64,000 bases of DNA from Pavona decussata. Taxonomy: Eukaryota. The notes below the pieces were generated by a model. That model was given only the letters and a program-made list of their open reading frames with translations. It did no database searches and had not been told where the DNA came from. The stretch is taken from positions 496,001 through 560,000 of the forward strand of contig CDRNST010000070.1 of assembly GCA_977016875.1 (NCBI GenBank), written 5' to 3'. The position numbers and the translations under genes are program-made. Shown one piece after another: positions 50,771-61,921 of this stretch. Positions within the stretch are counted from its first letter, which is position 1; each line of letters opens with the position of its first letter.

Positions 50771-53075
50771 GAGTACGCGACCAGTCCATGGGACGCAAGG
50801 TGTCGCATGAACCCCCGCACCACTCTGTTTAATAATAAATATAAAATTAAAAATAAACTAAGATTGAATCTCTGGTGTTCCCTGCGTTTGAGTCCAGGCG
50901 TTTCTTCTCCTGAATCTTCTCACGAGGACGGCTCCTTTAGATTTTCTTTGCTTCCAACGTTCTTCTTGAGTCTTCCTGAAATTGTCTTGGTTTCCATGGC
51001 TTGCCTTCCACTTCCACGTACAGCTTTTATTTGCCAGGATTCTTCTTGATCTACAATGAATCTTTTCTACATGAGGTGCAACCTGAGTGCGCGGCCGACC
51101 CATGGGATTCATGATATCCCATGAATCCCCGCTCCACCAGTCTTACTTAACTTAGAATTATATTGATTGTTGTGGCAAATAACAAATATTTCTAAAGTCC
51201 TCTTTTTCTTTCTGTCAACACTTCTTGCTTTGTCGTATCCTTCCTTGTTGCCTTTACCGATCTTTTCTGCCAGTGTTTCACTCTTCCCTAGTGTTGTCCG
51301 CGTCCACAGATGCGACGACTTTTTTGGTCTTCTGTGCACAGCTTCCAGTGTCACCTTCTTGCTGATATTTCTTGATCTTGGTTTCTGATCCATTTTTAGA
51401 GCCTGAGTACCACATTAAACAATCAATAAAAGGCAAACAGTGCGCGACCAGCCCATGGAACGAAAAAAATTCCATGAGCCCCCGCACCACTGTTGCAAAA
51501 TCTTAACACGGAAACTGACTGTCTTTAAAGTTAAACTTGTGAATTCCAGGACAAGCTGTTTGGCTTCTTCAGACTCTCTTGCTCTTCTTTTACCTTCCGA
51601 AATTTCTTCTTATTGTCGTAGGCGTTCCTATCCTTCTTCTAGTTTGTGTTTCTCTTAGTCTTGCTATTTCATGTTTTCTTGGGTGTCGTTTTTGCCCCAT
51701 CCCAGACTTCGCTGATGTCGCTGCTAAAGTGGACCGTCCAGACGGAAAAAATCCGAGAATACGTATTAAGGGGTTTGTCAAAAGTTGTCACTAGAGAGAA
51801 GGGTGGTAGAGAGAGATTTGGCACAGAGGCAAGGATCCACCACTTTGCCAGCCTCACCAAAATAAGAAAGCAACAAAGAATTCCTTGAGCCACCGTTCTA
51901 CTTAGTAAACGTAGTTAAAGCCAACATAATTTTCACCGCACCTACAGCTCCGTGTCCTCCACTTCTTCTCCGCTCTGATCTTCAATTTACGATCATTCGC
52001 TGTTTTCAGTGCTTTCGTAATGTTGACATTATTCTTCTTGAGTTGCTTTGAATTTTTTACCAAGGCTTTGACTTTTCCACTGCGGTTTTCCTCGTCATGC
52101 TTTCTTCCTTCATCTTCCGAACATTCTTGCTCAGTCGACTCCGTATCTTTTTTGTCAAGTAGAATCACAGAAAACATCGAGTTACACGAGAGTGTACCAG
52201 TAGCAAAGACAACAGAAACTCCTTGAACCCTTCAGAGCAAACAGACCAATAGTTAGGTGAACAGAGCAAAAAGAAAAAGTAGCCAGAGGAACTAAGCTAG
52301 AAAAGGCAACAGTTCCTTGACTCCCTCTTCGTCCTCTTTCTTCTTCTTCCTTCCTTCTTTATCTTCCTCTTCTNNNNNNNNNNNNNNNNNNNNNNNNNNN
52401 NNNNNNNNNNNNNNNNNNNNNNNNNNNNNNNNNNNNNNNNNNNNNNNNNNNNNNNNNNNNNNNNNNNNNNNNNNNNNNNNNNNNNNNNNNNNNNNNNNNN
52501 NNNNNNNNNNNNNNNNNNNNNNNNNNNNNNNNNNNNNNNNNNNNNNNNNNNNNNNNNNNNNNNNNNNNNNNNNNNNNNNNNNNNNNNNNNNNNNNNNNNN
52601 NNNNNNNNNNNNNNNNNNNNNNNNCGTCCTCGTCCTCGTCTTCGTCTTCGTCTTCGTCTTCGTCTTCGTCTTCGTCTTCTTCTTCTTCTTCTTCTTCTTC
52701 TTCTTCTTCTTCTTCTTCTTCTTCTTCTTCTCAGTTGTTGTTGTTGTTCCTTTCTCTCTTCGTCTTTCCCTTCAGAGTACTCTCTGCAGTTCTCTGATTT
52801 TGTTCATCGCACTATGGTTTGGTGGCTATTTGATCGAAGTTCTTTCTTGCTCCTGAGTCTTGTAACCTTTTGTCGAGCTGATCTAACTTAATAAATACGC
52901 GCGGCCAGCTTACTGGATGCTAGTCATCCCAAGAAATTGCACACCACAAAAAACATATGAAAATGTTCCTTAAAACAGTATTGCATTCTTAAAGTATTAA
53001 CTTATGTTAAACGTTATGTTAACATATACGCGACCAGCCCATGTGATGTCTAACATCACATGAACTCCCGCGTCT
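50771..53075 (-). other. Five copies of an unrecognised conserved ~50-nt hairpin motif (50771-50825, 51083-51140, 51439-51491, 52898-52947 degenerate, 53025-53075)
   Basis: Minus-strand consensus GUGCGGGRGUU-CAUG-N15-CAUG-GGCUGGUCGCGY, with a self-complementary variable N15 and compensatory changes in the lower stem. Confidence 0.85.
52320..52750. repeat. (TTC)n/(GTCTTC)n/(GTCCTC)n microsatellite spanning an assembly gap (N at 52374-52624)
   Basis: Directly visible; the minus strand would read as poly-Glu/(Glu-Asp)n in one frame. Confidence 0.9.
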
Positions 53076-56000
53076 AATCTATTGATTAATGTTAATGATC
53101 GTTTGCGTTTATTGCTATTCTAGCTACCCTGTTCCACCCCAAAGTAACCCAACTACCCACCCCAGGGGAGAAGAAAAGTATTAAGCAACCTCTGCTACGA
53201 TATTAACACTGGACCAACAAAAACACGTAGGCTATGCTCTTACATGGTAAAATTGTTTAGCTGAGACATAAGTGAAATGAATCATCGGAAGAAAGCTATG
53301 AGCCTACAGTAATAGGAAAGCTATGAGCCTATACAGTAACAGGAAAACTATGAGCCTACAGAAACAGATCGAACGCTTTGTCTTCACAATAGAAAAAGCG
53401 ACGAAAATCAATCGTGGAAAAAAAGTCGCCATTAAAATGCATCACAAGACTGCAGAACTGGACACGAATGATGAGCTACAAGAGCCTAAACTACAAGCCT
53501 AAAGTAACGGATCGAAATTCTGTGGCAAAGCTACTTCGAGGAAAAAAGCGAATTGAAAAACCAATCGCGGGAGAAAATGTCGCTATAGAAGAGGAAACAC
53601 CTACAACACCGGACGTAAACGGAATTTCCGCGTTAAAACTGATTGTTCAAAAGATAACGAAGCTAATCGAGATAATCACTTCGTGGAAAAAATTCGTCGA
53701 GCCCTTAAACTGCGCATCGCAGTCATTGGCAGTGGTGCATGAATGTCGAAGTGAATTCGATCTCATGGCGAGCCATAAACTGCGCATCGCAGTCGCTGAC
53801 AGTGGTGCATGAATGTCGAAGTAAATTCGACCTCATGCTAATGTGGTGAATAATGCTTAAACGCTGGAGAGTAAAAAGAATACAACACTTACCGCAGATT
53901 TAAGGTATATCTCACGAAACACTATCAAACTGAAGCTACCTTAAAGTTGAAAAGTGCCTCGTGAAAGACACCTTCACTTAAAGTATAGAATTAGTCTTAA
54001 GCCCATTTATATCCCAACACCTGGCACTCAAATCAGTTGGGCAGTGTACCAATTGGCTTGAAGTGCCCAGTGAAAAGCGTTTAAGCATATACAATCTGAA
54101 TGGACTCAGGTTGGCTCGCCCCAGTTGCAGAGAGAATTCTGCTACTGAGCTGAGCCAAATGACACAAGGAGAAGTCGGAAAAAATCTTCGACGATCGAAT
54201 AAGCGGTAAAGCAGATAACGAAAGAGGCACGAAAACAAAAAGACTCGATTGAAAAGCCATTCAAGTCGAAATGCCAGTCTCTTAAAAAGCGAAAAAAGTC
54301 GAAATCCGCAAAGGTAATCATTCGAGATACCAATCAACCAAAATATGCCAATTAAATGTCAGTATCCCTCAAAAATGTCAACCAAGCCAAAAAGCGAAAC
54401 AACCCAATTGCGAATCATGCGGACGGTTCATAAAGATAAAAAGTCGAAGTAGTTGAAGAGCAGGACCATTTGTCGCACAGCCAGTAACTGAAGAACAAAA
54501 AAAAGAGCCGGAAAAAAGACTGTGCATAAAGATACCCATAAAAGATCGAAGACGATGGACAACGTCGCAAACAAGCGCTGGGTTCCATTCAGACCAAACT
54601 TAATTACCCCCCTTAACTAACCCGTCCCCAGTAAAACAAATCTGAAAAGGGTACGATACCAAGACCATAAAAGGTCTCGACGGACTTGTCGTGCTGCTTG
54701 TAGTTTCCATTTATGCACGAGATAGTTCATTTATGTCCACAGAGAAGTTGTACCGGTTTGTAGAAGTTGTGTAGGTTGTCCATGGCGGGAACCAAAGTAT
54801 GTGAAGAAGAATCAATTATTTTCCTGAAAACAAAACAAAAGAGGAGCTTAGATACACGACTGTTTGAATGAATTTCAAAAATAGTACTGAGTTTGTTTAG
54901 AGAATAATGAAGCGCCTTAAAGTTCGGTGCAAAAAATGTTTCCTGAAATTCAAATAAATTCGAGTGATTAAATATCATGATCATTATGTTTGAACAGTGG
55001 GTGAAGAATTTCTGTAGAAGACTACCTAAGTTATGTGCGGAACTAAAGCGCGCAGTTGCGAAAAGAAAACCTTAAAAAACAAAATAAAAACAATTCAGCG
55101 CGCGAGTTCCTCGAAAGGGTTCTAACCCTCCCAAGACTGAAATTTTTTTAGATTTTCGTTTCACAACTGCTCAAGTTGCGAAATAACTGTGATGGTGTTC
55201 CATGTATTATCCACGTGTTAAAAAACACATAAATAAATTGAGCTAGACTCCAAATCCTTTATAGAATATAATTAGGTAGTGAGCCCAGAGGTACAGAACC
55301 TTTTACAACCAAAAATCAGTCCAAGACACTTTCATGCTCAGAAAATCAAACAAATTTAAATTTGAAATTAAAAGTGAATTTTAGGAAATTTAGGATTTGT
55401 CTGATTTTATCGCCTTTGTATTCTACCAAAGAAAAAAATGACCAATACCTCATTGTAAGAAGAGGACATACGTATTTTGTTTGAACAAAAATTGAGTGAA
55501 CAGGAAAGGAAAATAATGAAACAACAGCCATAACATATTTTCACCCAGAGCTGTTTTTCTCAATGTTTATAACACGAGAATTAATTTTTTCAGTAAAATT
55601 GAGTTTCCACATGTTTGCGAGATCACATTTTTTGTCAAAAGCAGGATGTTTTAAAATTTGAACACAAGTTTTAGAAAAAAAAAGAGAATACAACTTTTAA
55701 AAAGATTTATAGGTGTGAAATTTAACCATTGATTCCTTCAAGCGTGTTTATGTGAAAAAAAAAAAAAAAAAAAAACTTGAAGCGTTTCTGCGAATAAAAA
55801 TCCCGCGAAATTTAAAAGAAACATGTTTGTCGCCTTGAATGGAAACTTGCTATTAGTTGTTCAAAGTCAAGTCCTTCTGACAAAACAGCATAATTTGGCT
55901 TAAAAAAAAATAATAATAAAATAAAAACAAACAAACAAGCAACAAAGTGTTTTCGAAGAGTATTTTAACTCTATAATCAATGTTATGTTTCGCAGTGTAA

Positions 56001-57848
56001 ATATTTTGTTTGTCTCGTGAATGAAACTTTGAAAAGCTTTCGCGCTGTTTCAACTAAACGCACAAACTTAAGTTTAAAGCAAATTTTCGCAATTTAAGGC
56101 CAAAACTATAAAAAGTTGTTGTCAAACTCAGTTTGCCATGAATTTTCCCGCGCCGAGTGTCCACGCGTAAAGTTGCTGTCTTCTTCAAAAAACATTTTGC
56201 GTCGTTTTGCAACTTTTAACGCTTTAAACGTAGCGTTGGAGGTTGGAGCTTCCTTCCTGGTCATGTAAAATGCTGAGAAAAATTTAACTAAAGCAAATTT
56301 GAGACATGTACTAACTTTAAAAACACACTGAAACTTTGCAAACGCCAGCATGTGTATTGAATATGCAAACTGTTTCTTGATAATTTCTTACCTTGCAATG
56401 CCAAAAAAGACTCCAAAGTTTACTTTCCGTCTTCTCCTTGTTCAGCGCACTGCTCATATATGGTTCTTGGTGAAATTTTCGTTACAGCTAAGAAATAATT
56501 AGCTTAAAACTCGGAGAAGAAAATAAAACTTCACTCGGCGCTTGCTTATCAGAAGTGTGAACAAACTGCATGGAACAACGTGAAAAATTTGAAAAGGGCG
56601 CGAATTTGCGTGACGGCTACCAGAATGAAGCTCATTCTTTCTTCTGATTGGCTGGCTGAAGAAAAATTTGGCGAAAGCAAACCCTATTGGCTGAATGGTG
56701 ACACCTATCATTCATCAGAGGATTCAAAGCCACGTGGGAAATGCAACTTGTTAGCACGCATTATTGATAATCGGAATATTAAATTGGAACAAACAAATTT
56801 TCTTGGAGCAATTGAACAATGACGATGGAAATTAAACGCTTCGCTATTGTGAAATATTGTAAATTTTTCCAGCTCGAAGCCTTACCGTAGTATTTTATCA
56901 CTTTCATGATGAAGCAAACAATGAACACAGCTGGGGTCACATGACCTGATACTCACTTTTAAATTAAAGGGTTTATATGGAAAGAGGTATTGGAGACAAA
57001 GGTTAAGGTCTTCGGCAAATGTTTCATACAAATCCTTTAATGTTTTAAAACATTCAAATCATCTTTATAACTCACTTAACATCAGCAACCTCAAACATGG
57101 CAATTTTGCAACTTTTAACATGCCTTTATCATTTCTAATATTCTTTGATTTAGCTGTAAAGTGGGTCATGTGATACCTTAGCTGAACAGTCGTCTGCACC
57201 TTGCTACAGGTGTCTGTGTTGTGGTTTAAATTTTTTGGTTTAAAATATTTCAAACCAGTTTAATTTTTTATTTTCCTTTGTGCAGGATTCATTACCATAA
57301 TCAGAGACAATGGGAAAGAAAAATCATGAAACTGGTTTGAAACTTTTTGAATCAAAAAAAATTTGAACCACAACATCTACATTATTGTGATCTGGTATGA
57401 AAATAACTCAGAACATGAAAACAGGAGTGGTGTTTTCCATTTATTTCTTAAAACAGAAACAGCTTGACACTGCCACTCAGTTTGTGGAATGGAAGAAAAA
57501 ATAAAAACATGTAGCTTTAGAGGAATATCTACAGCTTCAGTTAACAATATGATGGCAAGTTCAAGGTCTATATAAGCTGATAGTTGGAGAGGGCAACGGC
57601 TGAGCTAATCGTCAAAGTCCATAGAAACTGAGAGTGTGCCATCTAAAATTGTTTTGTAAATAACTCAGTGACTGGTCTATTCAAAGAAATTGGCTAGAAG
57701 TCATTTATTTCTCTCTATTGAGTTCAGCAAATTTCCTTGCAAACATTCCCAGGCAGTCTATCAAAAATAAGGCCACACTTGCATGACAAATCAGACCTAG
57801 AGTTTGTCCAATGTTGATCACTGGGTCAAGTTAACAACAAATAATAGC

Positions 57849-60800
57849 TCATTTTGTTCGAGTAAGGTGCGCCTTTTTTCTCTTCGAAGTTGGCAGCCTC
57901 AACCACTTTCTTCTTCTCTTTATTGGTGTATAATCTGCAGAGGGGAAGAGCAGGGGGGAAACATTGGTTAGAAAAGAAACAAAAATTACTAAAAACCACC
58001 AGGGAAAGCTATGAAGGAATTCACAAGCAGTGAAAAAGGTGTCTGTTCTTGGGGGCCATGAATTGGATGTCATCCTAATAACAATATTTAAGACTGCAGC
58101 TGACTGATAATATCATCAAAAGTTATAAAATAATGGTAAATGATAAAATCTGTGTGCTGTGAAGCACTCATGCAAATTGATAAAGGTTATTTCAGTCACT
58201 TCTGTTTCTATCACTGAACTAACCTTTCTTTCAATAAAAGTTACCACATTTAAAAAAACTACTTTCTTTCTTTGAATACTCAGGAAATAAACTTACACCT
58301 CACTTATCCATCATATTTTAGTTACACTGAATAAATTTCAAGTCACAAGTAAGAACCAAGTCAGCAAATTTATCAGTTAAGGTGCTTTTACACTACTAGG
58401 CAATTTTTCTTGCAACTTGCCTCACAAATTTTGGTGCAACACAAGTTGCACAAGTCGTTGCCAAGTGTAACACGCCCTGAAATGAGCATGCCTCACAATT
58501 TATTGTTGCTGCAACAGTTGCAAAAAGTATAAGTCGGTTCTACTTCGTGCAATGGTGATTGCAACAAAAATATTGCCAGACAGGCTCATATCAAAACATG
58601 TTACACTATGCAATGTTTCATGCAACTTGTGTTGCAATGGTGCAACAAAATTGCGAAACAAGTTGCAAGACAAATTGCCTAGTGTAACAGTGCCTTAAAG
58701 GGGAAGTATCATGGGGTTTTTGGTATCTTTTGTAAAAAATGATGAAATAAGACCTTCAAGCAGCTGAAAAATAATTCTAGAATGACGAGCGGAAAAAAAT
58801 CAACTCAATTGTTGAAGGGAACAACTCGTGATCTGTTCTAGCGCATTCTGGAAACAAAAATGCCAGAACTTAAAAAACATTAGCCCAACGTTTTTCAAGT
58901 TTCAATCCCTACCGGCCTACTCTGTCTCTGGCCAGAGAAGCTAATCAACAGTTTTATTGCACTGAGGTGATAATTTATAACAAACTTGACAATTATTTTT
59001 TTGTTTCTGATGACAGACAAACATTTTTGGGATTTGAAATGACCACAAATTTGCATGATACTTCCCTTTTAAGGCCATCACATCCATCTCCCAAACTGAA
59101 ATGTATTGTTGATAATTTAATTTGTGTGGTTGTTGGGCTGATTCAGTGGAATTTTTGTCAGTTTTATGACTTTGAAACTGGGCCTTATGAAACACATTAT
59201 GAGTTATAGCATTACTTCTTTGACTTAATTTAAAATGCTTTCTTACCGCAGTAAAATGTTTGAGGATGTATAATTCTTCTAGGTTCATTAAGTTGTACAG
59301 CACCTCCCTTGGAAAAAGCACTAGCAAATGCTTTGATCTGAAAGGTGGATAATGTCACACAATTAGCAATGTACTAAACCCTTTAATCCCTAATTTCAAA
59401 GAACAAATTCTCCTATTTTGTCCTCATACTTTTCTTATTAAAAGTACTGGGGAGAACTTATTAAAATATTAAGAAATTCACCTTAAGTGATCACATCCTT
59501 AATTCTCATGACCTCAGGGATTGAATAAGCATTGACATTACAAGGAGAAATTTGATGTTGATCACTGTTAGGGCTTAAAGGGTTAAAGGGGCTACATCAT
59601 AGAAACTTTTAAGGTTTAATCAAAGCTGTGCTGAAATTAAAACTAAGCACCTCTTCTCATGCATAAAACGCTCCTAGTATACTAGGAGTAAGAAACATGT
59701 TGCAAGCTCAAAAAAACAACCAGAAACACTACTAACTTAATTTCAGTAGGCCAAATGCTTTTATTTTGTTACCACACATTTTATATAAAAAGTTGATCCC
59801 ACAGAAAACTCGTTCAAGAAGGACGTCCAATCTACAGAGAGAGAAAAAGTGTACAAAAAGGTGATCAAATTACCCGTAATTTTGTTCTGTCCCCATACTG
59901 TGGTTCCCAGTAAACTCTTGTGATTCCTGCTTCTAGGCATCTTTGTGCCAACACCCTGCCAAGGTTTCTCGCTGCACTGATGTCTGTAGTTTTGTAAAGG
60001 TGTCTTGAGATTTCAAACTCTACTGTGGATGCTGAGGCAAGAACCACTCCACTGTTGTGCAGCACTTCAGCTCTTGAGTGTCGGTTTGAAATAATGAACT
60101 TTAGCCTGAGGAAGAAAAAAAAAAGCATTTTCACATATCCGCAGAGCTGACATGTTCCTTTCTCCCATCCCATCCCACTGCTTCTAGTGTTCTATAATGC
60201 AGGTCTGATAATAAAATTAATAGAAGTAAGACCCTTGTAGTTATATAGTTTACACAACTTGAGCAGTTGCAAAAAGGAAGCCTGAAAAAATTTCAGGTTT
60301 GAATGGTATTTGAGCCCATGACCTCTGCAATGTTGGTGCAGTGCTCTACCAAATGGGAGCTGATTATATTGTGAGTTCAAATTATAACTGTGGAGGATGA
60401 ATAAGGCTTTCTTTTTGCAAGTATGAGGGTTTTTCTTCTATTTAATGTTTCACCCACAGTTCAAATAAATGTTTTGTAGATCCATATTCATGTCCGATAT
60501 TATTAAGTAAATTAATGAAAACCGCATTCACAGAACACTACAATACTGGTATATCACACTTGTCTGTATATGAGTGCATAGATGTGGGACTTAAAGAACA
60601 CGTAGATATGAAGGACAAATGAGAAATCAGAAAGAGCATAAAATCAGCAAGATTATGCATGCCCCCATACATTAAATGTGGCTAAATGTAATTTAGGCAA
60701 GGATAAAGTCAAGACAATGCTGTTCAGCAGTCGCCCCTTGTCACGGCTAGGTGACAATCATTGAGCTCTCTGCTGGGGGCACCTCTTGGTTCGTTTGCAT

Positions 60801-61805
60801 TTGCTTGCTTGCTGGCCTGTGAGAAAGGTTATTTTGCTTGCTTTGTTTTCAAACCTTTTTTCCCTCTCCGCCCTCCCTTTGGTAAGTATCAGGTTTGGTA
60901 AGTAGTCCACCGATTGGGTTCAGTGTGATGGTGTCTTTTGGTGGTGGCCGCTCGCAGGGTTGCCATGGATACCTCCTTCCCCGTGCCTGATTGCTGCCCG
61001 TCACCCTTTTAGGCACCAGCTCCCAAGCTCATCTATTATTGAAGAGTTTAATTTAAGATTCTGACTGCCCCCATACGCCCCCATAATTTATTATGCGCAC
61101 ATTTTCCAACTCAAACTCTCACACAGTAGTGCATGTATAATTAATGTAAAGGCAATGTCAAAAATTTTCCAAAAAACCTAGTGGGAAATTTTAATTACTC
61201 TATAAGCACTTGCCATTACATTTTTTTATTTTTCAAGCACACTCTACTGTATCCCTGGGTATTGGATGAAGGCCAGTGGCATTGCTGGGAAAGACGGATG
61301 AACTATCTACATGCTGCAATGTCACTCCTGCAGAAGCTTCCACAACACTTAAAGATGAAAGCATCACTATTGAAGGTTTGAGGTCACAACCCACAATTGA
61401 GAAGGCGGCAAAAATATGCACAATTTAGTTCAGCTGGAAGCCTAACTGTAGCATATCACCGATTTCGTCTTGATAAAAAGGGATCACTTACTTGTTGTAG
61501 AAATCTGTCCTGTATTTCTGTGTACCATGACCTCTTGGTTTGTTATATCCAAAATACTCAGGATTTCGGGGATTTCGGTTCTCAAAGTCATTTAAAATTG
61601 GAATTTTAGTAACCTTATTTTTCCGGTCAATTTCGTCTGCATTCTCACTAGTTTTTACTTGTGCTGCTGCAATAGAAAGATTGCATCTTGCAAGCTGAAG
61701 AATTGGTCTTGAAATAGCACACAGATCGACCTTCGTATATGGCGGTAACCTCTGTCTAAAGGAAGAAAAACATTGCGATATTCTCCCAATGCTGTTGGAA
61801 GCCAT
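57849..61805 (-). CDS. MRPL18: Mitochondrial ribosomal protein L18 (uL18m), 4 exons (61805-61492, 60105-59874, 59337-59247, 57934-57849), ~240 aa
   Basis: FENRNPRNPEYFG, LASASTVEFEISRHLYKTTDISAARNLGRVLAQRCLEAGI and GAVQLNEPRRI match uL18m motifs; basic N-terminal transit-like peptide; GT-AG introns with consistent phases. The last exon is less certain, and an alternative start is at 61811. Confidence 0.88.
58378..58698. mobile_element. MITE with internal gcaac/gttgc repeats (Harbinger-like)
   Basis: TIRs taaggtgcttttacac..taggcaatttttcttgcaacttg / caagttgcaagacaaattgcctagtgtaacagtgcctta. Confidence 0.65.
60655..61100. mobile_element. Possible DIRS/Ngaro-type terminal-repeat remnant in MRPL18 intron 1
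   Basis: GC-rich island bounded by the repeated motif tgcccccatac (60660 and 61066). Family assignment is from general resemblance only. Confidence 0.3.
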
Positions 61806-61921
61806 CTTCATTAACTTAGCGCGCACGCTCGCAAGCCTCGTAGTACATGATGCGTTAACCGAACGAAACATTTACCGCTGGTTCGATACAGAGAAGAAAA
61901 ATTCACGTGGAAATTGAAAAA
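61806..61921. promoter_or_regulatory. Very compact bidirectional promoter MRPL18/NLE1
   Basis: Only 116 bp between divergent ATGs; CpG-rich; E-box cacgtg at 61904-61909. Confidence 0.65.

Larger units (their letters stand above)
37455..54700. mobile_element. Large gene-free composite repeat block with Helitron-like 3' ends at both extremities (one or two non-autonomous rolling-circle elements?)
   Basis: Left: perfect 10-bp hairpin tgatgtgaat-ccat-attcacatca (37464-37487), followed on the minus strand by gttct-CTAT (CTAG-like). Right: hairpins agacc/ggtct and cgac/gtcg (54662-54691), followed by tgctg-CTTG|t. The interior holds minisatellites, duplications and decayed ORFs. No Rep/helicase ORF seen. 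Confidence 0.35.

Noticed and set aside
50483-51049. 188-aa plus-strand hydrophobic ORF
   Set aside because: Phe/Leu/Ser-rich antisense shadow of a purine-rich minus strand; no recognisable domain.
52317-52856. 179-aa plus-strand ORF
   Set aside because: Artefact of an N gap and the TTC/GTCTTC microsatellite.
50771-53075. Hairpin motif as Y RNA, HDV-like or twister ribozyme, SECIS or p53 site
   Set aside because: GGCUGGUC matches the Y RNA 5' end but lies on the 3' arm with no downstream GACUAGCC-U tract. No P1/P2/P3 partners for an HDV fold, no twister core, no UGAN/GA quartet with apical AA. CATG flanks are YYY/RRR, the reverse of the p53 consensus.
58000-58074. Selenocysteine/readthrough at an in-frame TGA in an alternative MRPL18 exon
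   Set aside because: A better polypyrimidine acceptor at 57934 gives an open exon; no SECIS seen; uL18m is not a known selenoprotein.
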